Assembly (NCBI GenBank): GCA_049724395.1
Contig: JAUGWO010000045.1
Coordinates: 248,001-304,775 of the forward strand
DNA: 56,775 bases
Direction of reading: 5' to 3'
Source of the DNA: Spongospora subterranea f. sp. subterranea
Taxonomy: Eukaryota
This document shows, piece after piece, positions 29,524-39,447 of this stretch (the stretch's first letter is position 1; each line of letters begins with the position of its first letter). A program made the translations under genes and the position numbers. Under the pieces are notes generated by a model. It saw only the letters and a program-made list of their open reading frames with translations. It had not been told where the DNA came from and searched no databases.

Positions 29524-30291
29524 TTATTGGGTCGATTTCCGGGTGATCGGCCGTATCGAGAAGGTGTAGCGCCATCCGATGTCCTTGATGGAGCCGTGCA
29601 TGCGGCCGAGGTCGGCGACCTCTTTGCAGATCCGCCCGTGCAGCGCCTGCAGCGACTCCGGCTCCACCGAGCGATTCACCTTGTTCTGGAACTTCCTCCC
29701 CGATTTGAGGATGATCAGGATGCGGATCGGGTGCCCTTGGCCCAGGAACCGCTTCATCATCCCGATTTTGTGCTCGAAGTCGTGAGGCTAATGGGACAGT
29801 AATACACACAATCAATAATCGGGCACTATAATCTGCCAAGCCAAACCTCGGTTCGACTGGTCATCTTGATCTCCTTCTCCTTGTACTCCTTATCTTTGAC
29901 AGGTTTAGCGATCGTCCCGACAGGGATTCCGGCGGCCCTAGCGACCGTGACGTTCGGGACCGCCTGTGTGATTTTATAGACCGGAGGGACAGCTGTACGA
30001 TTAACCATGGTTAGAGTTAATCCGGCGACTTTGGCACAATTCCTGGCGAATTCCATGGTCTAGATCAGATAAATAGCTGTCAAAGGTGGGGGTTGAGGTT
30101 CATCGTGTTTTGATACAGCATAATACCTGATTGCCGCGATTAACACCATGTTGATCAATCAAAAGAACGGATTTGACAATGGAGCTGGCTCCATCGGCAG
30201 GCGATGTCAACCACCTTCTGATTATCACTGGCCGAGAATCATTGTTGACGATGGCTGCTATGCGGCATGATGATAATCTCGCCAGGATCAT
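29524..30291 (-). CDS. Mitochondrial translation initiation factor IF3, 3 exons
   Basis: Transit-peptide-like start MILARLSS. VLLIDQHG..G, LTMVN..AVPPVYKI, KEIKMTSRTE|PHDFEHK and FL.QGH.IRI. Confidence 0.8.
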
Positions 30292-31235
30292 CACGACCTT
30301 CTTGGCCAACTCCGTGACTGTCCGGGCTCCTGTCGATAGCGCCAAGGGCCAACCCCTTGCGTCCAGCGAGCTTTCCTTTTTTAAAAATTGTCGACCTTTC
30401 GTCATGACAAACTGTATTCCCGACCCATCTCCAATACGCTATGCGCTTTGCGGAAAACCGATGGAACAGCGTCCTCAACGTTTTCAGCAAATCCACGAGA
30501 ACGTTTATAACTGGAGCCGGACAAAAGATTCAGTGCTGAGAATCATCTGTGATACAGAATTCGAAATCGATGTAAAAGGCATTAGTGGGGAGAAAAACAC
30601 ATAAGTCAATGAATGTTCAATCGACAGACCTACCAACACCGTGTGCGGTTATTGCTTATATTGCTGTCTTGCCAGGAACTGCATGCGATGGCGAGAATGC
30701 AGTCGGCAGTTATCAGTACAGTATACTGGCGCCTCAAATTCGAACTTATCACACCTCCTCGCTTTCAAACACTCCGATTCGCATCGGCCCTCGTACTATT
30801 GCGTCCGACAACTAAACTAGGGGCGATACGAGCCCCGATAACGGTAGCACCACGATTACGACGGAAAACAAACGCACACAACACAACACGACCGATGTAT
30901 GATTTGGGAATAAGAACATAAGAAATGGATCGAGCGAACCGTGTTCTGGACGATAACGATTGCACAAGTCCCATTTGACGACCTTTCCGCTGTTGCTCGA
31001 CGAGATGAGAGCAGTTTCGTGTGGTTCAACGGCCGATCCCTGGACGATGCCCGTCGTGATAGATTGGAACTTGCTTTACTCAACGAAACGGATAGATGCA
31101 TGTAGGTGACAACAATGGAACCCTGCCCTGTCTGCAACGAGCCGATAAGCGGATCCGGTTCTCAATGGTATGAACATTGTTCTTCGATAGCATTCTCATC
31201 ACTGAGTGTTTGCATGAGCCAGGTGTCCAGATTGT

Positions 31236-31648
31236 AATCGGAGCGTTCATCGCCTTTGCGGGACTCCCTATGGCAAGGATGAAGAAGGGTATGGTGAGCG
31301 GGTATGGTCTTCAGGCATTGGGCCATTGTCAGATTGCCAGAGTTAGCAGCAATAACTTTAGACTCTTTGATGGCAGTGATGGCTCAGTCGATCCAGCTTA
31401 AATTCTCTTCGTGCTATCTCAGCCACTTTTGCTTGCGACATTTTAAGATTGGCTTGATGAATTTCCAAAACACGAGCCCGTTTAGAGGGTGACAGTTTCC
31501 CTTTATGCGACACCTTAGACGCGCGTACAGGAATAACACAAGCGAAAGCTTGCTGACACTTTTCTGATTTTGAGCACCAAACCCGCTGATCATATCCTTC
31601 TTCATCCTTGCCATAGGGAGTCCCGCAAAAGCGATGAACGCCCCGATT
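31236..31648. repeat. Long inverted repeat (arms of about 70 bp with a 34-bp perfect core) enclosing further stems
   Basis: AATCGGAGCGTTCATCGCCTTTGCGGGACTCCCTATGGCAAGGATGAAGAAGG... starts at 31236. A near-identical reverse complement ends at 31648. Confidence 0.9.
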
Positions 31649-32082
31649 GATATCGAACGGGTTTCTCGTTGCTGAACGTCCGGCAGCTTAGATGGTTTCC
31701 GAGCATTCGAGTCGTAGCAAATTCAGCATACACCATGGTCTCAAAACGAAGGGTTCTTGAGCAATGGTTTCTCGTTCGGTAAAGTAATTTACAGCTCGAA
31801 ATGGCACTCTTCAGAGCTCCAGGAACTGCAGTGGAAGCATACCAAACTGCCATCTTGTCAAGCAACAGCGACGATGACATTGCAGGTCATGGGAACCGAG
31901 CAAATATTGACCATATCGGAAGAGAGATTATCACGTCAATCTCTCTCCTATTTCTCAACGGAAGTTGACCGTGATTGTCCGGATTATGTGATGGTTCTTT
32001 GGACACCTTATCTGGATCATGTGAATTCCTCTGGACATCTTGACTGGATCGTGAATTGCTGTCCGGACATGGCGGAAATACA

Positions 32083-32254
32083 GGCCCCATACAGTCGGGC
32101 AATCAACTGGCCCACAGTCGAGCAATGTACACTAACTCAGTTGCGCAGCCGGGTATTGTACACTATTGCAGTCGCGCAACGTGCGGCCCCATACCGTCGA
32201 GTGTTTGTACACTAACTCAGTCGCGCAACAATGGGCCCCATACAGTTAGGCAAC
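32083..32254. repeat. Modular direct repeats upstream of BRAP2
   Basis: GGCCCCATACAGT-like motif occurs 3-4 times. TGTACACTAACTCAGT-like motif starts at 32126, 32157 and 32206. Confidence 0.75.
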
Positions 32255-32297
32255 GCCGCGCACTTTGTAATCGGATCATAATTGTGAGTGTCAAGCA

Positions 32298-33788
32298 ATG
32301 GAGGACGATCATATCTCGTTCAGGTTTGGTCATGGAGATCTTGAAGTGATCCATGCCCGAGTCCAGATTGGGAGCTCCGGCCAGCAGACCATTATGGCCC
32401 TGGTATCCTCAATTCCCAAGCATGTGCCTCTTTCAGAATTCTGCACCATAATCGAGACCGTTGATGATAAAATCCGTCATATGCAAGTTGTCGATCACGA
32501 CATTCCACCCAGCGATTTTTATTACGCCATCCTGGTGTCTTTCGTGTCAGAAAACGATTATCAAACCTTCTATGAATCATTGAATGACTTGCCATTCAAT
32601 GATCTGGAGGACGATTGCTGCAAAAGAATTTCGCCAATCGCGAACTGCGCCTTTTTTCCAGATCCTTCTTCGTCATCAGAATGCTGCGACTCTTCCCCGG
32701 AATGCTGCCCTGTCTGTCTCGAACCACTTACAACGGTGGGGACAATCGGCGTCTTGTGTCGTCATCGATTTCATCTGCAATGTTTACGAAAATGGAAGAG
32801 TAACAGTAACGCGTGTCCTGTTTGTCGCCATCATATGCACCCACAAATAGTAGGGATAATCCGACGAGGTTTTTGATTACGAAATTTCATCAGATTATTC
32901 AGGACCAATCGCATTGTGAAAGATGCGAATCTGTAGCGACGGCTGATGATTTATGGATTTGTCTGATCTGTGGACATGTTGGGTGCGGTAGAAGAGTTAA
33001 CGGACACGCAGCGCAACAGTAATTGCTCCTCCCATTCATAAAACTGTGTTTGCTCATGTAGATGTTACAGCTTTCAAGAAACATTTCACACATACGCGCT
33101 TGATGTCTGTACGCGTTCGGTATGGGATTATGCAGCTGAGAATTTTGTGCATCGTCTAATTCTTGGCGATGGTAAACTTGTGGAAGTTGAAGGACAAGAT
33201 GAGGAATCTTTGGCTTATTCATCAAGGAAATCTGATTTAAAGCTTGAGAATGTCCTAGATGAATATAACTATCTGTTGTCGTCTCAACTCCAAGAACAAT
33301 GCTGCATTTTTAAGCAACAACAAAAGAATATGGAGCGCAATTTCCAGGCGGCATGTCAACGGATTGATTCTGACCTAGTTTCTCTCTTGTCATATCAGTC
33401 AGCCGTGCAAGAATCCATCATACAGCTTCAGGGTGTTTTGGAAGGCAATGTTGAACAGATCAAGAACCAGCAACGGATGGAAGCTGAAAAAACGGTTCAA
33501 TTGCAAGATTTGCGAAAGTTGAATGAAAAGCTGCTTGCTGATCAAGATTCTGTCAGAAATTTGCTACAATCCGATCAAAGCTCTTATAACGACGTCATTC
33601 GACGGCGGGGCGAAGAAATTCGTTCGTTGACTGAACAGTTGAACGATATGAGATTTTACGTGAAGACACAACATTCCATAGAAAACAATCCTTTAAAAGA
33701 CGAGATCACTACTGGGACTATTACATCTGCTGATCGCCCACCGCCAGTGGAAGCTCCCAGAAAGAGCAATCGCAGAACACGACGTTAA
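32298..33788 (+). CDS. BRAP: BRAP2/ETP1-like E3 ligase (BRAP2 domain, RING, UBP zinc finger, coiled coil)
   Basis: [71 protein letters not shown] and EQLNDMRFY. Confidence 0.93.
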
Positions 33789-33949
33789 AGCAGTGACATC
33801 ATCTATTTATTTTTGTACTGTTCTTGGACAACCGGATATCTAGGGAAAGTCTGATCCAGTAGCTGCAGAAAACGGTACTCAGAATATCGGAACATTGCCC
33901 ATTGATCACGGTATTTACGAGTATATCAATAATTCTTTGTTTATAATTT

Positions 33950-36151
33950 TCAATGAAATGCTGCTGAGTCCGCTATTGGAATTTTGACTGAGCTTTTTTC
34001 AATTGTAGGCAATGACTTAATCACGTCCGTTTCTCCGCCAGATGTTATTGCGACTGTCGAATTAATCACATGCACTTTTTTTTCTTCAAATGACCCCCTA
34101 TCATTGCTTCCTTGGTGGCCATTATTACCGTCAGAACCAGCGGTTTCGTGGTTGACCGCATTGACATTGTTCACGTTGTGGATCGCAATATTGTTATTGT
34201 TCGAATTATTGGTCTCGATCATGTTGTTATTGACATTGTTGATGCCAATGTGGTTGTTGTTGATATTGCTAATGTCAATGTTATTCTGCGATGTTTGGCC
34301 TCTGCCAGCGACGTTATTGCTATCGATATTGTTGGTCACGATATTGTTACTATTAAGATTGGTAGCAATGACGTTGTTGGTAGCGATGTTGTTGCCGTTT
34401 GAGTTGCTGATAAGACTGCTGTTGTTCAAGTTGTTGATAGCGATGGTATTGCTGTTTAGAGTGTCACTGGCAATGTTGTTGCTGTTCACGTTGTTGTTTG
34501 CGATACTATTGCTGTTCACGTTGTTGGTTGCAATGTTGTTGCTGTTCACGCTGTTGGTTGCGATACTATTGCTGTTCACGTCGTTGGCTGCAATGTTGTT
34601 GCTGTTCACGTTGTTGGTTGCGATACTATTGCTGTTCACGTTGTTGGCTGCAATGTTGTTGCTGTTCACGTTGTTGGTTGCGATACTATTGCTGTTCACG
34701 TTGTTGGCTGCAATGTTGTTGCTGTTCACGTTGTTGGTTGCGATACTATTGCTGTTCACGTTGTTGGCTGCAATGTTGTTGCTGTTCACGTTGTTGGTTG
34801 CGATACTATTGCTGTTCACGTTGTTGGCTGCAATGTTGTTGCTGTTCACGTTGTTGGTTGCGATACTATTGCTGTTCACGTTGTTGGTTGCGACACTATT
34901 GCTGTTCACGGTATTGGTTGCAATGTTGTTGCTGTTCACATTGTTGGTTGCGATCTTATTGCTGTTCGCGTCGTTGGTTTCAATGTTGTTGGTAGCAATG
35001 TTGTTGTTGACGTTGTTGGTTGCAATGCTGTTGCTGTTCACGAAGTTGCTATCAATGTTGGCGTTGTAGGTAGCAATGTTACCGCTGTTCACGTTGTTGG
35101 TAGCAATGTTGTTAATGTCGATGTTATTAGCGACAGCGTTATTGTTCATATTGGCACTATTGATACCCGTTGCCGTCCGCGTCATTATATCAGCGTTTGG
35201 AGTGGCGCGAACTAAATACGCGGAATTGGTGGAATCCACCTGGATCGGCGCTGGCGTTTGCGGCATAGGAATGCGGATAAAAGTCTCGACGTCAACAGGA
35301 ATAGCTCGAGGTCTACGAACAATAGGCTGTTTTGTTGGACGCAGCCTTGGAGAATACGCTTTAACCTCAGTCCGACGGACACCACGATTGACAGCATTAG
35401 CTGCTGCGAACGAGTATGAGGCCCCGGATGCAATATTATTGGAGGCATACGTCGGTGGTTGAGCGCGTCGAGCGAATCCAGGCGCTGATATTGATATACC
35501 GCGAAGAGGAACAACCTTGACTGGCTCGCATTGTGTAGTTGGTGGTGACACAATTCTCTCGAGGGGGGCCGGGGCATCGGTGCATTCCACCTTGGTGAGA
35601 ATTGGGGTGTCGGTACATTCCTCCTTAGTGACAATGGGGGCATCAGCACAATCCTGTTTAGTCGGAATCGTGGCGTGAAGATGAAGGCGAGATGGCGCCA
35701 GTGGACGAGGCGGTTGGTTAGGGCATTCAGGGGTTATCGTCTGAACCGGATGTATTATAGGCTTTGGACCAAGAGCGGCGTATTGTGCTATTGAGATATG
35801 GTCGGTGACAAGGCGGTTCACCGGGGAAGGAGTCTTGCCCGATTCAGATTCGCAAGAGAATCCGACCAGGGATGAACCAGTGTCGCCTTTGATTCCCTCG
35901 GGACCGTATCGCCATGTAACAGGGAGTGGTCTCGGGGAGGCCGATGGCGCTACGACAATACCTGCAATACGATATGTTTGTGGAGTTTCGGGAGCCAAGC
36001 CAGGCTCGTCACTGCAATCGTCGCGATGAATAATGGTCAATGGCGGACCCTTAACAGGAATAAGGGGCGCCGCGTTATCTGGGCAGTCTTGGCACATTCC
36101 CAAAGACACGAAGAGCGCCACACATAATGTTAGGATAAATGAGATACCCAT
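33950..36151 (-). CDS. Secreted protein with Pro/Cys-rich N-terminal half and Asn-rich decapeptide tandem repeats
   Basis: 733-aa intronless ORF with a signal peptide (MGISFILTLCVALFVSLGMC) and NNVNSN(S/N)IA(T/A) repeats. Confidence 0.8.
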   Translation of the reverse strand: MGISFILTLCVALFVSLGMCQDCPDNAAPLIPVKGPPLTIIHRDDCSDEPGLAPETPQTYRIAGIVVAPSASPRPLPVTWRYGPEGIKGDTGSSLVGFSCESESGKTPSPVNRLVTDHISIAQYAALGPKPIIHPVQTITPECPNQPPRPLAPSRLHLHATIPTKQDCADAPIVTKEECTDTPILTKVECTDAPAPLERIVSPPTTQCEPVKVVPLRGISISAPGFARRAQPPTYASNNIASGASYSFAAANAVNRGVRRTEVKAYSPRLRPTKQPIVRRPRAIPVDVETFIRIPMPQTPAPIQVDSTNSAYLVRATPNADIMTRTATGINSANMNNNAVANNIDINNIATNNVNSGNIATYNANIDSNFVNSNSIATNNVNNNIATNNIETNDANSNKIATNNVNSNNIATNTVNSNSVATNNVNSNSIATNNVNSNNIAANNVNSNSIATNNVNSNNIAANNVNSNSIATNNVNSNNIAANNVNSNSIATNNVNSNNIAANNVNSNSIATNNVNSNNIAANDVNSNSIATNSVNSNNIATNNVNSNSIANNNVNSNNIASDTLNSNTIAINNLNNSSLISNSNGNNIATNNVIATNLNSNNIVTNNIDSNNVAGRGQTSQNNIDISNINNNHIGINNVNNNMIETNNSNNNNIAIHNVNNVNAVNHETAGSDGNNGHQGSNDRGSFEEKKVHVINSTVAITSGGETDVIKSLPTIEKSSVKIPIADSAAFH
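34450..35110. repeat. Coding tandem repeat, 30-bp unit with a 60-bp higher-order period
   Basis: The 60-mers starting at 34621, 34681, 34741 and 34801 are identical. Flanking units are degenerate. Confidence 0.95.
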
Positions 36152-36964
36152 GATTAAACTTTATAGCAATGAACGAAAATTGACCACCATTCACGATGAT
36201 CCGGATTTCCGGATCAGGATGAGTCAACAACCAACAGCCGACCAAATTTCGTTCCTCAAGCGAAACCTATCTGCGATGGTGACTCATTCTGGAGTGTCGG
36301 AGAGAAGTAGCGGGGGGAAAAAGGCCAAGGAACCCCAACGATCTGACTAAGGGTCAGGACGGTCATCCCCAAGACTTGATTGACCAACTTGACACAACCA
36401 TCGAGGGCTTGAGACGGTCTACCTGGTGGAGAACAAGTGGCACATGTATCGAAATCGCCCAACGTCCACTTGACTGGAGTCAAACTGGATTAGACACACA
36501 AAAGACGGAGGCGATAATCCGATACTGATCATCTAAGAAAATGCAACCCAATTTACCAAGCGGACCGCTAACATGAGAAAGGGGTAGCGGAATCCGGTGA
36601 TCACCGCCATCAAATGCGGTTCTACTATTGACAAAGTTAAGCGTGACGATGGTGGTGTTTCAAAATATGTGCAGGGCCCCTCGTCATCATGAATAAACGA
36701 TCTTTGACACTGGGATAATAATTTACTAATCGCAAATCCACTTTCAACATCATCACAAGCACCACGGTTTGAGTCAAATTCCCATCTCAAAATTTTCATA
36801 GTTGTATTGTTTTAATTGTAGACGGCTCTCGCAACAAATCATCCGGCGCGGTTACGTTTAGTGTGCCCTCCAGGGTCGGGAAGGAGTCAACCGACGGTCG
36901 GTGTGTCATTGTACCCTGAAAATCAGGGAGATTCTGATCCAAATGATGTTGAGATGGTAAAGCG

Positions 36965-37547
36965 TATGTCATCGAAGGAATTTCCGGAGGACAATGTCTG
37001 GGCCGATCTCGGGTCGCGATGGCTCGACAAAGACAGTACAGTTCTCTTTGTATCAATCGGATTTCGACATACCTCTCATTCAGCCGCCACAACAACCCGA
37101 TTTTCATGGCCGTCGTTGTCGGAAATTCTGGTAGCTCAGACTAAAGCTTTTGAAGCTGTGCAAGAATCGTCGTTTATTAAGGCGAAAGGGCAGAAGGATT
37201 TCATCGCAAGATCTCTTTTGAGGTTCGGACAATATTATATGGCTTCCCACTGAAGCTATCGAACTTCAGCTTCGATTATTGATCATTGCGAATTGCGGAA
37301 GTGCTGGTCATCGAGGAACGCAAAGCTACTCGATTACAAGCCGCGTTTTTTTCAACACTCTCGTCGCTGATGTGCCGTGTTTCTGCCTTCAATGCCTTCA
37401 TTGCACAGTTAATGCTGAGGGTAATAGTATCCCTCGCCCTTTCGGCGCAGCTCTTCACTACCTCTCTTGTTACATCCAACGTTCTACGCCTTACGGCGCA
37501 ACAGTGCCAACCAGATCATTCATTTTGATTTCGTATACATTGCACCT
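36965..37547 (+). mobile_element. Decayed Ty3/Gypsy LTR-retrotransposon pol fragment (RNase H end to integrase start)
   Basis: Read through frameshifts: YVIEGISG/DNVWADLGSRW, IWLPTEAIELQLRLLIIANCGSAGHRG...CLQCLHC...IPRPFG (degenerate HHCC) and NQIIHFDFVYI. Confidence 0.8.
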
Positions 37548-38291
37548 TCCCGATCTTCCTCTGAGTAGCTGCTGGGAGGATGCTGTATGGCTGTATGGAG
37601 TTTAGTTCGTACGACACTCTTGTGCCCGACAACACCTGAAGAACCTGAGATTGGAAGTGAGTGACTTATGCCGACACAATCAACATATACAAGTACAGAA
37701 ATGGCAACGATCCGACAACGAAACCACCTATGCGAACAGGAATCCAGAATGAGACAGGGCATCCTTACAAACTACCCGGCTATCAGAATGTGAATCAACC
37801 AGGCATCGACTGGTCTCAGCAGAATAAACGCGAGAGAGTAACGCCTCCCCAATAACCTCATCCAACTGCTTTCTAAATCGCATTCACCGAATATTGGAGG
37901 CCAGCTCATACCATGAGAAAGGGAAATACAGTACGGCGTGGCGACTGCCATAAATTTTACAAACGACTTTGAAAACTGGAAAGTCAACCAACCCAACAGA
38001 GAACGTTGAACGCTGTGTGAGCGTCAAAACCATTTGGTTTTGGTGAAAAACTGGAAATCGGGGGTTGTGAAACCTTGGTGTTGTTTGTTTTTTGGGCAAC
38101 CTCGAGCTGATCTACAGTACATGTGTAGTAGATATTGATTGACCTTGTGGTAGTTGTTCTGGTTCCTACGGAACACACTTCCGCAGTTCGGATGACATTA
38201 GTGTCTGCGACCAAAAATAGATCATTTGCCACTCGACGTCCCGACTCCCGACTCCCGAGTCCGTTGACCGGTGTCGGGGCATCCTGAGACG

Positions 38292-38569
38292 TCAAATGGA
38301 TCGAAAGTATGCGCTTGTGGGATGAGATCATCTCAACATGCGCGAAGTGGAATTCTATACGATTCCGCACACCGATGTCGGAGCATCCTGAGCACTTACA
38401 AGAATCGACGATCATTCGTCGATTCGAATCGAAGTACGGATTACTTAGCGTTATCGTCCGACCAGATACCAACGCCGACATCGGGAGCGTGTGCGGAATC
38501 GTATAGAAATCCACTTAGCGCGTGTTGAGACCATCGCAGCCCGCACGCGCATACTTTCGATCCATTTGA
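38292..38569. repeat. Foldback element A: arms of about 81 bp with an internal 10-bp hairpin
   Basis: Arms 38292-38372 and 38489-38569 have about 9 mismatches. GAATCGACGA-TCAT-TCGTCGATTC lies at 38402-38425. Confidence 0.9.
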
Positions 38570-38669
38570 TGGGTCCACCGGCCCAACTCCCATTAAATCT
38601 TCAAATGACAACCCGCTGGGGCATCTAGTTTGGTTCTGCATTTTATCCTGTCCGAGCAGTACAAGCTAA

Positions 38670-38905
38670 ATCGGTAGCCATCAGACACGAAGACAGTACT
38701 GGGAATCTTACACAATCGTGAGATTACAGAAATCGAAGGCCAACGGACATTCACCCAGAAAGAAAGATAGACTCATACATGACACCTGCCAGCGTAGGGC
38801 TGGAATACTCGAAAACTGTGATGAGTACCCGTTGGCCTTCGATTGCTGTAATCTCGCGATTATGGAAGATTCCCAGTACTGTCTTCGTATCTGATGGCTA
38901 CTGAT
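38670..38905. repeat. Foldback element B: arms of about 80 bp
   Basis: GTAGCCATCAGACACGAAGACAGTACTGGGAATCTT... pairs with ...AAGATTCCCAGTACTGTCTTCGTATCTGATGGCTAC. Confidence 0.9.
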
Positions 38906-39031
38906 CACACTTGTTGGCTAATGAAAATGAAGACGATCATCTCTGCAAATTGCGCATACACACACGAGAGGCTCGGAAGACCGAATGTGATACTATATGT
39001 ATCAAACGTCAACATCTCGTGACAAGTCATA

Positions 39032-39103
39032 GGTTCTGTGGTGCAGTGGTAGCACGTCGCCCTCCGGAGGCGAAGGTCGCGGTTTCGACTACCGTCAGGA
39101 TCA
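39032..39103 (+). tRNA. tRNA with CCG anticodon (tRNA-Arg)
   Basis: 72-nt cloverleaf: acceptor GGTTCTG/CAGGATC, D arm GTGC/GCAC, anticodon arm TCGCC-CTCCGGA-GGCGA and T arm GCGGT-TTCGACT-ACCGT. Confidence 0.92.
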
Positions 39104-39111
39104 TTTTTTTT
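39104..39111 (+). terminator. RNA polymerase III T-run terminator
   Basis: A run of eight T immediately follows the tRNA discriminator base. Confidence 0.8.
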
Positions 39112-39447
39112 CCTACGATTTACACGGTTCATCGGCGATTTGTTCTTAGTTCATCTTTGTGTTTTTCATCGCCAATAATTTTGATCTGCCAAGCCGATGT
39201 GTGGATGCGGGAAATATCGCACTTGTTAAGGGACATAATCATCACCAGTTGAGTCATCTGGTTCCCATTTCTGACCTTATATAACCCTAACATTTCGCAT
39301 TCGTTCAACCTAATTTTAATCAATTATTCGCGTGAGGGGACATCATGCTTATGAACACATCGCAAACCCATCTTGATTATGGAATCTGGTTGGTCTGGGG
39401 TTTTTATCTCACAGGTTCGCGACGCCCAAACATTCGTGGAACAATCA

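Noticed and set aside
30600..30980. Possible hAT/BED zinc-finger remnant (YTGASNSNLSHLLAFKH)
   Set aside because: The similarity is too weak and fragmentary to support by eye.
33984..35069. Long hydrophobic (Leu-rich) and Cys-rich ORFs on the + strand
   Set aside because: They are antisense shadows of the Asn-rich repeat gene, kept open only by the repeat periodicity.
37600..38270. Possible viral capsid or TE fragment after the Gypsy remnant
   Set aside because: Only short interrupted ORFs with no motif I can identify.
39032..39103. CGG-to-Trp codon reassignment, suggested by the Trp-like look of the tRNA(CCG) body
   Set aside because: CGG encodes the conserved Arg of the GH20 FPYRG motif (15911-15913), and conserved Trp sites such as QRRRW use TGG.
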